Positions 8,202 to 16,563 of a stretch of 26,996 nucleotides of DNA are shown one piece after another; the first letter of the stretch is position 1; the number at the start of each line of letters is the position of its first letter. Source of the DNA: Candidatus Bipolaricaulia bacterium (GTDB taxonomy: Bacteria; Bipolaricaulota; Bipolaricaulia; RBG-16-55-9); assembly GCA_042219045.1 (NCBI GenBank), contig JBDGQO010000020.1:1-26996 (forward strand). The letters are read 5' to 3'. The notes below the pieces were generated by a model. That model was not told where the DNA came from. It did no database searches and saw only the letters and a program-made list of their open reading frames with translations. A program made the position numbers and the translations under genes.

Positions 8202-11200
8202 TTAGGACGAATCATCGTCATCGCTGTTGTCGTCCTTATCGTCGTTCGACAGGTCGATCTCCGGTAGCTCTTCAAAGACCGACGTGTCCGTGAGCCAGTA
8301 GGCGACCAGCTTCTGGATCACGGCGAAGTCGATCGCCTGCTTGTTGCCCGCGGCGTCTTGGGTGTTCGGGACGTTGGTGCCCTCTTGCCACCAGGCGACC
8401 GCCTGCAGGATCTGGTTCTTGTTGACGGTGTGATCGGGGAACGCCGCCAGGTCGAGCATGTCGTTGGACGTGTCCCAATGGGCGATGACGACCGGAATGG
8501 AGAAGCCGGGGACGATTTCGACGTCCGTATCGCCCTCCACGGCGACGTTCAGGTTCGGCGAAGCGCTGCTGACCGTCCCCTCGAGCTGGAACGTACCTGG
8601 GTTGTCGAACTCTGGCACGGTCACGTCGTAGACGATCGTGCGCGTGTCGCCTGGCTCGAGCGTCTCCGAAAATAGCCACTGGAGTTCGTCCGATCGGAGT
8701 TGGGCTGTGCTGTTCTCCACGACCGTGACGCTCCAGCCATCGGGGACGTTTTCGTCCAGGCCGAGGCCATTAACGGGGACGTTCACCTGGAGATCGATCG
8801 TCACGCGGAACGTTCGGGTCGGCAGCGTCTGGTCCGTCGGAATGTGGGTCTCAATGGTGCGGGTGGCCTTCACGGGCGGCGTACTGACCTTGACGGCCTT
8901 GGTGACGGTCGCCTCGTTGCCTTCGTCGGTGGTCACGGTCAACGTGACGCGATAGGTGCCGTCCTCGTCGTATTGATGCGATGGGTTCTGCGTCGTGGAC
9001 GTGGTGCCGTCGCCAAAGTCCCAGTGCCATTCGGTGACCTCGCCGCGCGGGCTCACCGTCGTCTGGTCGGTGAACTCGATCTTGTCTATGCGGGTCGGGT
9101 TGCTCGGCTTGAACGTGAAGTCCGGCTCAATGGTTTGGGGCGGCGTCTCCACCGTCACCGTCTGCGTGACCGAAGCTTCGCTGTCTTCGTTGGTGGTCAC
9201 GGTCAACGTGACGCGATAGGTACCGTCCTCGTCGTACTGATGCGATGGGTTCTGCTTCGTGGAGGTCTCGCCGTCGCCGAAGTCCCATTCCCACTCGGTG
9301 ATGCGACCTCTCGGATCGACGTCCGATTCGTCGGTGAACTGGACCGTGTCAAAGCGAGTCGGCTTGTCGGGGGTAAAGGAGAAGTCAGCGTCGATTTCCT
9401 GCTCGGGCGTGACGACGTTGATGGTCTGTTCAGCGGTCGCCTCGTTGCCTTCGTCGGTGGTCACGGTCAACGTGACGCGATAGGCGCCGTCCTCCTCGTA
9501 CTGATGGGATGGGTTCTGTGACGAGGACGTTTCGCCGTCGCCGAAGTTCCATTCCCACTCGATGATGCGGCCGCGGGGTGTGACCGTGGACTGGTCGGTG
9601 AACTCAATCGTGTCGAAGCGGGTGGGATCGTCGGGACTGTAATCGAATGCCACGTCGATTTTCTGTTCGGGCGTGTCGACCTTGATCGTCTCTTCGGCGG
9701 TCGCCTTGTTGTCCTCGTCGGTGGTCACGGTCAACGTGACGCGATAGGTGCCGTCCTCGTCGTACTGATGCCGCGGGTTCGGCGATGAGGACGTCTCGCC
9801 GTCGCCGAAGCTCCACTCCCAATCGGTAATGCGACCGCGAGGCTCGACACTTGTGTTCTCCGTAAACTTGAGCTCGTCAAAGCGAGTCGGATCTTTGGGG
9901 CGGTAGTCGAATGATACGTCGATTTCCTGTTCAGGCGTGTCGACCTTGATCGTCTTCTGGGCGGTGTCCTTGTTGCCCTCGTCGGTGGTGACCGTCAGCG
10001 TCACGCGGTAGGTGCCGTCGCTGTCGTATTGGTGCGTGGGGTTCCGCTTGGTGGAGATCGTGCCGTCGCCGAAGTTCCAGCGCCAACGTTCGATTTGGCC
10101 CCGCGGTGCCAGCGAGGAGCGATCGTTGAACTTGATCTCGTCGAAGCGCGTGGGATCGTCGGGCTGATAGGAGAAGTCCGCGTTGACAACCTGCGGCTCG
10201 GTGGCGACCTTGACCGTCTCCGTGGCGGTGTCCTCGACGCCCTGGGCCGTTGTGACGGTCAGATCCACGCGATAGGTGCCGTCCTCCTCGTACTGATGCG
10301 ATGGGTTCTGTTGGGTGGACGTCTCGCCGTCGCCGAAGTCCCACTCCCACTTGACGATCTTGCCGCCGCTTTGCACCGACGACTCGTCGGTGAAGCTGAT
10401 CGTGTCGAAGCGATTGGGGGTTTCGGGGTCGAAGCTGAAGTTGGCATTGACGGACGGCGGCGCGGGCTTGACGCGAAGTTTAACGTTCGGCAGCTGCTTC
10501 TCTACCTCGTGGCCCTGAATATTGGTGTAGCGAACCTCGGCCGTTGAATTGTAAAGCGAGAATGTGCCGTCCTCCTTGGCGCTGACCTCAAAGCGCAGGT
10601 CCCACGTGGATTCGGGGGCCAGCTCCGAGCGGCGCCAGGTCAGCTCCGTCGCCCCGCTGGGGTATTGGGAAGTAGCGTCGGGCGGATTCCGCAACGCCCG
10701 TTCGAACGTGAACGCCGAATTGATCGCAGTGACGACTTCCAAGTTGCGCGCATAGGGCATGCCCTCGTCGATCGAGCTTTCGAAGACCGTTCGGGCAATG
10801 CTGTCGGAGAACGTCTCGAAGAACTGCCCCCCTGTCGTTTCGGCGAGCTCGGTCAACAGATCGCGATTGGGGAATTCGCCGATCCCGACGGAGTGGACGG
10901 TGACCCCGTTATCGGAAGCCATCTTGGCGGCCTTGATGGGATCGCGGCCGTAGTTGCTGCGGCCGTCGGTGAACACCACGACGACGCGCTCGGCGTTGTC
11001 GCGACCGGCGAAATTGAGCTGGTCTGCGGCGACCGCGACGCCGCCGCCGAGGCCCGTCTTGCCCTTGGGCTCGAGATCGTCGAGCGCATTTCGGACGCGC
11101 CCGGCGTTCTCGGGCGTCGACAAGGGCGCGTCGACGGTCGCCTCCGTGGCGAACGACACGAGGCCGACGCGGTCGTTCGAACCCAGCGCGTCGATCAGCC

Positions 11201-11501
11201 GTTCCGCGGCTCGGCTGGCTTCGTCGACCGGGAAGCTCGCCGATCGGTCGACGACCAACATCAAGTCCGTCGGGAGTCGCTCGGGGAGCTCCGGCGCCTC
11301 GATTTTGAGTTGGACCTCGGCGGTCTCCTCGTCCTCGACGCCGGATCCCTTCTCGAACAGTGCTTGCGGTTCCACCGTCTGTGAGATCTGGAGTGATCCC
11401 ACCTGTTGGGCGCTGCTGGCGATGCCGCCGAGCAACGCCAGCGCCGCGACGATCACCGCCGCGGCGCCAATCCGCCATCTTATCGAAGTCATGGTGCGCA
11501 C
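8202..11501 (-). CDS. Secreted vWA adhesin-like protein: signal + Ig/vWA + 6 PKD + cohesin-like + dockerin-like module
   Basis: AAGGAGG RBS before GTG 11501; signal peptide; MIDAS DRSAS...T...FTDG; six W.W.FGDG PKD repeats; shared C-terminal modules; acidic tail. Confidence 0.9.
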   Translation of the reverse strand: MRTMTSIRWRIGAAAVIVAALALLGGIASSAQQVGSLQISQTVEPQALFEKGSGVEDEETAEVQLKIEAPELPERLPTDLMLVVDRSASFPVDEASRAAERLIDALGSNDRVGLVSFATEATVDAPLSTPENAGRVRNALDDLEPKGKTGLGGGVAVAADQLNFAGRDNAERVVVVFTDGRSNYGRDPIKAAKMASDNGVTVHSVGIGEFPNRDLLTELAETTGGQFFETFSDSIARTVFESSIDEGMPYARNLEVVTAINSAFTFERALRNPPDATSQYPSGATELTWRRSELAPESTWDLRFEVSAKEDGTFSLYNSTAEVRYTNIQGHEVEKQLPNVKLRVKPAPPSVNANFSFDPETPNRFDTISFTDESSVQSGGKIVKWEWDFGDGETSTQQNPSHQYEEDGTYRVDLTVTTAQGVEDTATETVKVATEPQVVNADFSYQPDDPTRFDEIKFNDRSSLAPRGQIERWRWNFGDGTISTKRNPTHQYDSDGTYRVTLTVTTDEGNKDTAQKTIKVDTPEQEIDVSFDYRPKDPTRFDELKFTENTSVEPRGRITDWEWSFGDGETSSSPNPRHQYDEDGTYRVTLTVTTDEDNKATAEETIKVDTPEQKIDVAFDYSPDDPTRFDTIEFTDQSTVTPRGRIIEWEWNFGDGETSSSQNPSHQYEEDGAYRVTLTVTTDEGNEATAEQTINVVTPEQEIDADFSFTPDKPTRFDTVQFTDESDVDPRGRITEWEWDFGDGETSTKQNPSHQYDEDGTYRVTLTVTTNEDSEASVTQTVTVETPPQTIEPDFTFKPSNPTRIDKIEFTDQTTVSPRGEVTEWHWDFGDGTTSTTQNPSHQYDEDGTYRVTLTVTTDEGNEATVTKAVKVSTPPVKATRTIETHIPTDQTLPTRTFRVTIDLQVNVPVNGLGLDENVPDGWSVTVVENSTAQLRSDELQWLFSETLEPGDTRTIVYDVTVPEFDNPGTFQLEGTVSSASPNLNVAVEGDTDVEIVPGFSIPVVIAHWDTSNDMLDLAAFPDHTVNKNQILQAVAWWQEGTNVPNTQDAAGNKQAIDFAVIQKLVAYWLTDTSVFEELPEIDLSNDDKDDNSDDDDSS
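8884..10452 (-). repeat. Six tandem PKD-domain repeats, 264-nt (88 aa) period
   Basis: Repeated W.W.FGDG...NP.HQY..DG.YRV.LTVTT. An identical 29-mer occurs at 8928, 9192, 9456 and 9720. Confidence 0.95.
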
Positions 11502-11546
11502 TTCGCCCTCCTTTTTCTTGTGCCCCTTCTGCGGGTTGCCTCAGTC

Positions 11547-13685
11547 TCAGTTGTTCGGTTCCGGGACGGAGACGCCGCCCGGCAGCGACTGATTCACCGG
11601 CGTATCCGTCAGCCAGTGTGCGATCAGGGCTTTGATCGTCTCAAAGCCGACGGACTTGCCGCACGTGCCGGGGACGCTGACGTCCTCGAGCCAGAACGCG
11701 ATGGCGGCCTGGATCTGGTCGAACTCGATCAGGTTCGACATGCCGACATTGATGCGATTCTCGTTCGCGTTCAGATGGGCAACCGCCACCGGCACGGGCA
11801 CGCACTCGATCAGCTCGACCTCGCGGTCGCCTTCGTCCTGGAACTCGAAGTTGGGGATGATCGCTTGATGCTTGCCCTGGATACGAACGAAGCCGGTGGT
11901 CTCGCTCTTCGGCACGACCACTTCGTAGGTGATCGTCTTGGTGTCGGTGAATTTCGGGTCGAGGCGCTCGGTGAAGACCCACTCGCGAGTGGATTGCTTG
12001 AACACCGCGCCGTCGTTGTTGATCGGGCGGATTGTCCAGTTTTGCGGGATCGTCTCCTTGAGGCCGAAGCCGCGCAACTCGGCGTTGATCTCAATATGGA
12101 GCCGGACGCGGAACACCCGACCTTCCTCGCTGGGCAGATAGATCTGGAAGCCAGGTAACGGCGCCAGAATCGTGCGCGTGACCGTTGCGCCGCGCTTGGA
12201 CGACGTCGGCAGATCCTTGTCGACCGGGATGGAGTCGAGCTGGTGCGCGGTCAGCGTCTTGAGCATCTCCCAGTCGATGAGCGCGTTGCACGTGCCCGGA
12301 ATACCGGCCTCTTCCTTCCAGAACGAGACCGAGCGCTGCAGTTGATCCTCGGTGATCTGGTTGTCCAGGCGCAGATCAACGACGCCCTCCCTTGTCAAGT
12401 GACTGACGGCCACCGGCGTCGAGAGGCAATCCACGAGGCAGACTTCGGACTGGCCCTGGATGTCGGTCAGGAACGCCGGGGACGCGCTCTCGATGAAGCC
12501 GTCGATGTTGAAGCAACTCGGCAGGTTGCCGACGTTGGCTTCGGGGTTGACGGTTACGTCGTAGACAACGCGGCGGATCTCGTTGGCCTGCAGCGATGAC
12601 GGCCAGACCCACTGGGTCTCGGCCCGCTTGAACGTCGCGCCGGCGTTGTTCACGGGCGTGATCTCGTAGCCCGGTGGCAGGTTCTCATCCATGCCGAGGC
12701 CGTTCACCGACTGGCCGAGCTCGATCTCCACGGTCACGCGGAACGTGAACCCGACAGCGGCTTCCGGGGTTGAAATGGTGCGCGTCGCGCGTGAGCTGAT
12801 CTCGACGACCTTCACGGTCTGAGACGTCGTCGCGCTCACGCCCTGGTTATCGGTCACGCGCAGCGACACGCGGAACGTTCCGGTGTTGTCGAACGACGTC
12901 TCGACCGTCGGCGAGTCCGTCGAGACCTCGAACGATCCGTCGCCGTCGAAATCCCATTCGTACGTTTCGATCTCCTGGCCATCCGCCGCCTCGGCTGCGC
13001 TAGCGTCGAACGTCACCGTCGTTCCGACGCCCGGCTGCTGCGGATTGAAGCTGAACTCGGCCCTCGGCGGCGTGCCGGCTTGCGCGCTGATGGTCACCGG
13101 TTCGTTCAGAGCAGGCAGAACCCGAGAATCCGGGTTGTTGACGTCCTCGCCGCTCAGGGCCGCTAACTCGTTAATGCCGGAGTTGACCTGCGGCGTGATC
13201 GTGATCTCGAAGGTGCGCGTCAGCGGGCCCAGAGCCACGCCGTCGTTGAAACCGGCATCCCAGCTCTGCTCGATCTGCGCGTTCGGAACGTTGAGCGTAT
13301 AGGAATCATCGGGATCGTCTTGGACCTGGAACTGGGTGCCTTCCGGCAACCCCTCGAGAGACAGGCTGACGTTGCCGGATCCTCCGTTAGCCAACCCGTG
13401 CAGAATAACAAGGCTGACGTTTCCCGTGTTGGTATTCTCGTAGAGGAAGATCCGCGTCTGACCGTCAACCTCCAGTCCCGTGTTGGACTGGAAATTGCTG
13501 TAGTTATAAAAATCCGTTACGGGTTGCGAACCTTGGAGCGGAACCAAGGTCGTACTGAAGTCACCTTGCTCCAGCGTGAACGATGTGGCCTCATCGTCGG
13601 TTTGTGCCGCAACGGACACGGACATGAGCAGCGACAAAAACAGCAGTACCCCCAATACAGGGAGCATGCGGGTTGGACCTCTCAT
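11547..13685 (-). CDS. Secreted scaffold-like protein: signal + N-terminal beta domain + PKD + 2x(cohesin-like + dockerin-like)
   Basis: AAAGGAGG RBS 6 nt before ATG 13685; signal ending VAA-Q; PKD YEWDFDGDG; internal duplication (TRTI..FRV..G.G..E..P..N..GA.FK..W + PVAV.HL..Q....FW.E...PGTC). Confidence 0.88.
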   Translation of the reverse strand: MRGPTRMLPVLGVLLFLSLLMSVSVAAQTDDEATSFTLEQGDFSTTLVPLQGSQPVTDFYNYSNFQSNTGLEVDGQTRIFLYENTNTGNVSLVILHGLANGGSGNVSLSLEGLPEGTQFQVQDDPDDSYTLNVPNAQIEQSWDAGFNDGVALGPLTRTFEITITPQVNSGINELAALSGEDVNNPDSRVLPALNEPVTISAQAGTPPRAEFSFNPQQPGVGTTVTFDASAAEAADGQEIETYEWDFDGDGSFEVSTDSPTVETSFDNTGTFRVSLRVTDNQGVSATTSQTVKVVEISSRATRTISTPEAAVGFTFRVTVEIELGQSVNGLGMDENLPPGYEITPVNNAGATFKRAETQWVWPSSLQANEIRRVVYDVTVNPEANVGNLPSCFNIDGFIESASPAFLTDIQGQSEVCLVDCLSTPVAVSHLTREGVVDLRLDNQITEDQLQRSVSFWKEEAGIPGTCNALIDWEMLKTLTAHQLDSIPVDKDLPTSSKRGATVTRTILAPLPGFQIYLPSEEGRVFRVRLHIEINAELRGFGLKETIPQNWTIRPINNDGAVFKQSTREWVFTERLDPKFTDTKTITYEVVVPKSETTGFVRIQGKHQAIIPNFEFQDEGDREVELIECVPVPVAVAHLNANENRINVGMSNLIEFDQIQAAIAFWLEDVSVPGTCGKSVGFETIKALIAHWLTDTPVNQSLPGGVSVPEPNN

Positions 13686-13823
13686 CACAGGCCTCCTTTG
13701 CATCGCTTCGCGTTTAAGGCGAGTCTGATCATCCAAAATCCACGATAGCACCCGGTAATGGGGCAAACTGTGGTCCGGATTACGTTCGCTCTTTCCGCGA
13801 ATGACCGCGCATTTCTGGCGTTT

Positions 13824-13853
13824 ACGTTAGCACTCGACGACCGCTAGCGACAA
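13824..13853 (-). promoter_or_regulatory. Candidate promoter of the PKD operon
   Basis: TTGTCG-N18-TAACGT with TG extension, ~140 nt upstream of the ATG. Confidence 0.4.
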
Positions 13854-13931
13854 GTTTTTATAACGGAGGGAATCCCCTTCCAGAGGGACCCGGGATGAGT
13901 TCTCGGCGTGTCGCGGTAGCCGAACCGTCGG

Positions 13932-14384
13932 TTAGAGGTCCAGTGGCTGGGGTTGCTGTGGCTGGTGAGGGTGCTCCTCGTCGGCGTAGACGCGGAGCTT
14001 TTTCAGCATGCGATCGCCCAGCTTGGACTTGGGCAGCATGCGGCGGACGGCCTCGTAAACGGGCTCGGTCGGGTGTTTCTCGACGACCTCGTTGAACGGG
14101 CGAGATCGGAGTCCGCCAGGGTATCCAGAATAGCTGTGATAGAGTTTCGATTGGGGCTTGTTGCCCGTCACCTGGATCTCGGCGGCGTTGATGACAACGA
14201 CGTAGTCGCCCACGTCGACGTGCGGCGTGTAGATGGGCTTGTGCTTGCCCATGAGCACGGGCGCGATGCGAGAGGCCAGGCGGCCGAGCGTCTGGCCGCG
14301 GGCGTCGACGACCCACCACTCGCGGTCCCATGACTGGCCCATCTCTTCGTTCTTGGCGACGTAAGTGCGCTGTCGGGTTTCCAT
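13932..14384 (-). CDS. rplM: 50S ribosomal protein L13
   Basis: WWVVDARGQTLGRLAS, GKHKPIYTPHVDVGDYVVVINA, HSYSGYPGG, MLPKSKLG; GGAGG RBS. Confidence 0.98.
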   Translation of the reverse strand: METRQRTYVAKNEEMGQSWDREWWVVDARGQTLGRLASRIAPVLMGKHKPIYTPHVDVGDYVVVINAAEIQVTGNKPQSKLYHSYSGYPGGLRSRPFNEVVEKHPTEPVYEAVRRMLPKSKLGDRMLKKLRVYADEEHPHQPQQPQPLDL

Positions 14385-14408
14385 GAAAAAACGCCTCCGA
14401 GAGGGTTT

Positions 14409-14437
14409 ACTGTAGCATGCGGCTTTCGCCCTCGCAA
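14409..14437 (-). promoter_or_regulatory. sigma70-type promoter of rplM
   Basis: TTGCGA-N17-TACAGT with TG extension, just upstream of the RBS. Confidence 0.6.
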
Positions 14438-14466
14438 GCTACGGACCCGACATGTCACCGACCTCG

Positions 14467-15771
14467 TTACCGGGGAACGTCGATCGTGGCGTCGCTCGCG
14501 CGGCCGACGGAGACGAGGGACACGGGCACGCCGGTGGCATCCTCAACGACCGACACGTAGCGCTGGGCGTTCTTGGGCAGCTCGCCCCACGATCGGCAGC
14601 CCGTAATATCGTCGGACCAGCCTGGAAGCGTCTCGTAGACGGGCTCGCACGACGCCAACGTCGTCGCGTCATGGGGAAATGCCTCGACCGCTTGTCCGTC
14701 GTGCCGATAGGCCGTCGCGACCTTCAGTTCGTCCAATCCCGACAGGACGTCGAGCTTGACCAGGGCCAGTTCGGTGAAGCCGTTCAGCCGCGCCGCGTAG
14801 CGCAGCGCCACCAGATCGAGCCAGCCGCAGCGCCGCGGGCGTCCCGTGGTCGTGCCGTACTCGTCCCAGGGGTTCTCGCCCGTGCCGCGCAGCCGATCGC
14901 CGATCTCGCCCGTCTCTTCGGTGGGGAAGGGGCCGGCCCCCACGCGGCTCGTGAACGCCTTGGTCAGGCCGATGACCCGATCCAGCCGGCGCGGCGACAC
15001 GCCGGCGCCGACGCCGACCCCGCCGATGGTGGCGTACGAAGACGTCACATAGGGATACGTCCCGAACTCCACGTCCAGAAGCGTCCCCTGCGCTCCCTCG
15101 AAGACCACGGTCTGGCCGTCATCCAGCACGCCATTGACGACGGCGATCGTGTCGGTGATGGCGTCGGCGAAATCTGCGGATGCCTCCAGGAGTCGCTCGG
15201 CCTCGACGCGTGCGTCGAGCTCGCGCAGCGCCTTCGAGTCCGGATAGCGGGCCCGGAAGTGCTCCACGTTCGCTTCGACCCGTTCGACGAACGCGTCCGG
15301 TTGGAGCAAATGGACGGCCCGCAGCCCGCGACGGGCGATCTTGTCCTGATACGCCGGACCGATCCCCTTCGCGGTCGTGTCGATCTTGCCCTGGGCTCCC
15401 TCGAGGCGTTCGACGATCGGATGATAGGGCAGAATGAGATGGGCGCCCGCGCTGACGTGCAGTTCGGGGGTGTCGTCTCTCGTGGCGCGCAGCTGCCGGA
15501 TCTCGTCGGCCAGCGACAGCGGCTCCAGGACCATGCCGTTGCCGAGTACGCCCGCACAGCCCTCATGGAGCGCCCCTGAGGGGACGAGGTGGAACTTGAA
15601 CTCCTGCTCATCGGGGCCGTCGGCGTCCCCGTTGGCGACCGCGACGGTGTGGCCGGCGTTGGTGCCCCCATTGAAGCGGACCGCCATGTCGGCCTCACGG
15701 GCCAATCGGTGCGCGATCTTGCCCTTCCCTTCGTCGCCCCATTGGGCGCCGATGACGGCAATGCCCGGCAT
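14467..15771 (-). CDS. purA: Adenylosuccinate synthetase
   Basis: GAQWGDEGKGK, GGTNAGHT, GIGPAYQDK, FEGAQG, GTYPYVTSS, EYGTTTGRPRRCGWLD. Confidence 0.98.
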   Translation of the reverse strand: MPGIAVIGAQWGDEGKGKIAHRLAREADMAVRFNGGTNAGHTVAVANGDADGPDEQEFKFHLVPSGALHEGCAGVLGNGMVLEPLSLADEIRQLRATRDDTPELHVSAGAHLILPYHPIVERLEGAQGKIDTTAKGIGPAYQDKIARRGLRAVHLLQPDAFVERVEANVEHFRARYPDSKALRELDARVEAERLLEASADFADAITDTIAVVNGVLDDGQTVVFEGAQGTLLDVEFGTYPYVTSSYATIGGVGVGAGVSPRRLDRVIGLTKAFTSRVGAGPFPTEETGEIGDRLRGTGENPWDEYGTTTGRPRRCGWLDLVALRYAARLNGFTELALVKLDVLSGLDELKVATAYRHDGQAVEAFPHDATTLASCEPVYETLPGWSDDITGCRSWGELPKNAQRYVSVVEDATGVPVSLVSVGRASDATIDVPR

Positions 15772-15774
15772 GCG

Positions 15775-16563
15775 TCAGTCCTCCCATTCCAACGTGGTCT
15801 CTTCGCTCGCCAGAAGGCGTCTCTCGCCGTCGGTTCGGACTTGCAGACGGCCGTCCTCCGCCAACCCCTCGACTTGGACGTGGCGCTTGTCGGGGCCATC
15901 CAAGATCCAGACGTGCTCGCCCAGGGCCGTAACCCTAGGCCACCACTCGTGCTGGATAGGAGCGAAGCCGTCGGCCTGGAACGTCCGATAGGCCGAGGCG
16001 ATCCCCTCGACCATCGCGGCGGCAACGTCCGAGACCTCGACGGCCATCCCGAGCTCCCGGCTCAGCGAGGTCGCGGGCACGCGCGCGTCCTTGGGCGCGG
16101 CGTTGTTGACGTTGAGCCCCGCGCCGACGATGAGCCAGGCGGGCCGGTCGCGTTGGAACGTCATTTCGACGAGCGTGCCGCCCAGCTTGCGGCGATGGAT
16201 CATGAGATCGTTCGGCCACTTGACCGCGGCGGGCACCCGGAACCGCTCGCGCAGCCCATCAGCGAGCCCGACGGCCGCCAATACCGAGAAGCAGCTGGGC
16301 TGGGTCTGCGGCGCGGTATCCGTCGGGCGAAGCACCAATGAGGCCCACAGGCCGCCCGGCGGCGAATCCCATCCGCGGCCGCGTCGCCCACGTCCCTGGC
16401 GTTGCTCGCCCGCCAGGACGAGCGTTCCCTCAGGGGCGCCGTCCTCGGCTTCGGCGCGGGCGAGGTCCATCGTCGAGGCCACGACGTCGTGCGTGCGGAG
16501 CCGGCCGTGCGGGAACGCGTTGAGGAGCGCCTCCTGGAGCATGTCGTGGGGCGTGGTCGTCAC
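15775..16563 (-). CDS. birA: Biotin--acetyl-CoA-carboxylase ligase (class I, no HTH)
   Basis: STMD, QRQGRGRRGRGWDSP, KWPNDL, KLGGTL, GAGLNV. The GTG start overlaps the ileS stop (GTGA). Confidence 0.95.
   Translation of the reverse strand: MTTTPHDMLQEALLNAFPHGRLRTHDVVASTMDLARAEAEDGAPEGTLVLAGEQRQGRGRRGRGWDSPPGGLWASLVLRPTDTAPQTQPSCFSVLAAVGLADGLRERFRVPAAVKWPNDLMIHRRKLGGTLVEMTFQRDRPAWLIVGAGLNVNNAAPKDARVPATSLSRELGMAVEVSDVAAAMVEGIASAYRTFQADGFAPIQHEWWPRVTALGEHVWILDGPDKRHVQVEGLAEDGRLQVRTDGERRLLASEETTLEWED

Noticed and set aside
8884..10452. 264-nt repeats as CRISPR or DGR template/variable repeats
   Set aside because: They are in-frame protein repeats with no spacers, and there is no cas or reverse transcriptase gene in the window.
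13827..13853. CIRCE-like TTAGCACTC-N9-TAGCGACAA
   Set aside because: The left arm is perfect but the right arm matches only 5/9. It coincides with a candidate promoter and no chaperone gene is nearby.
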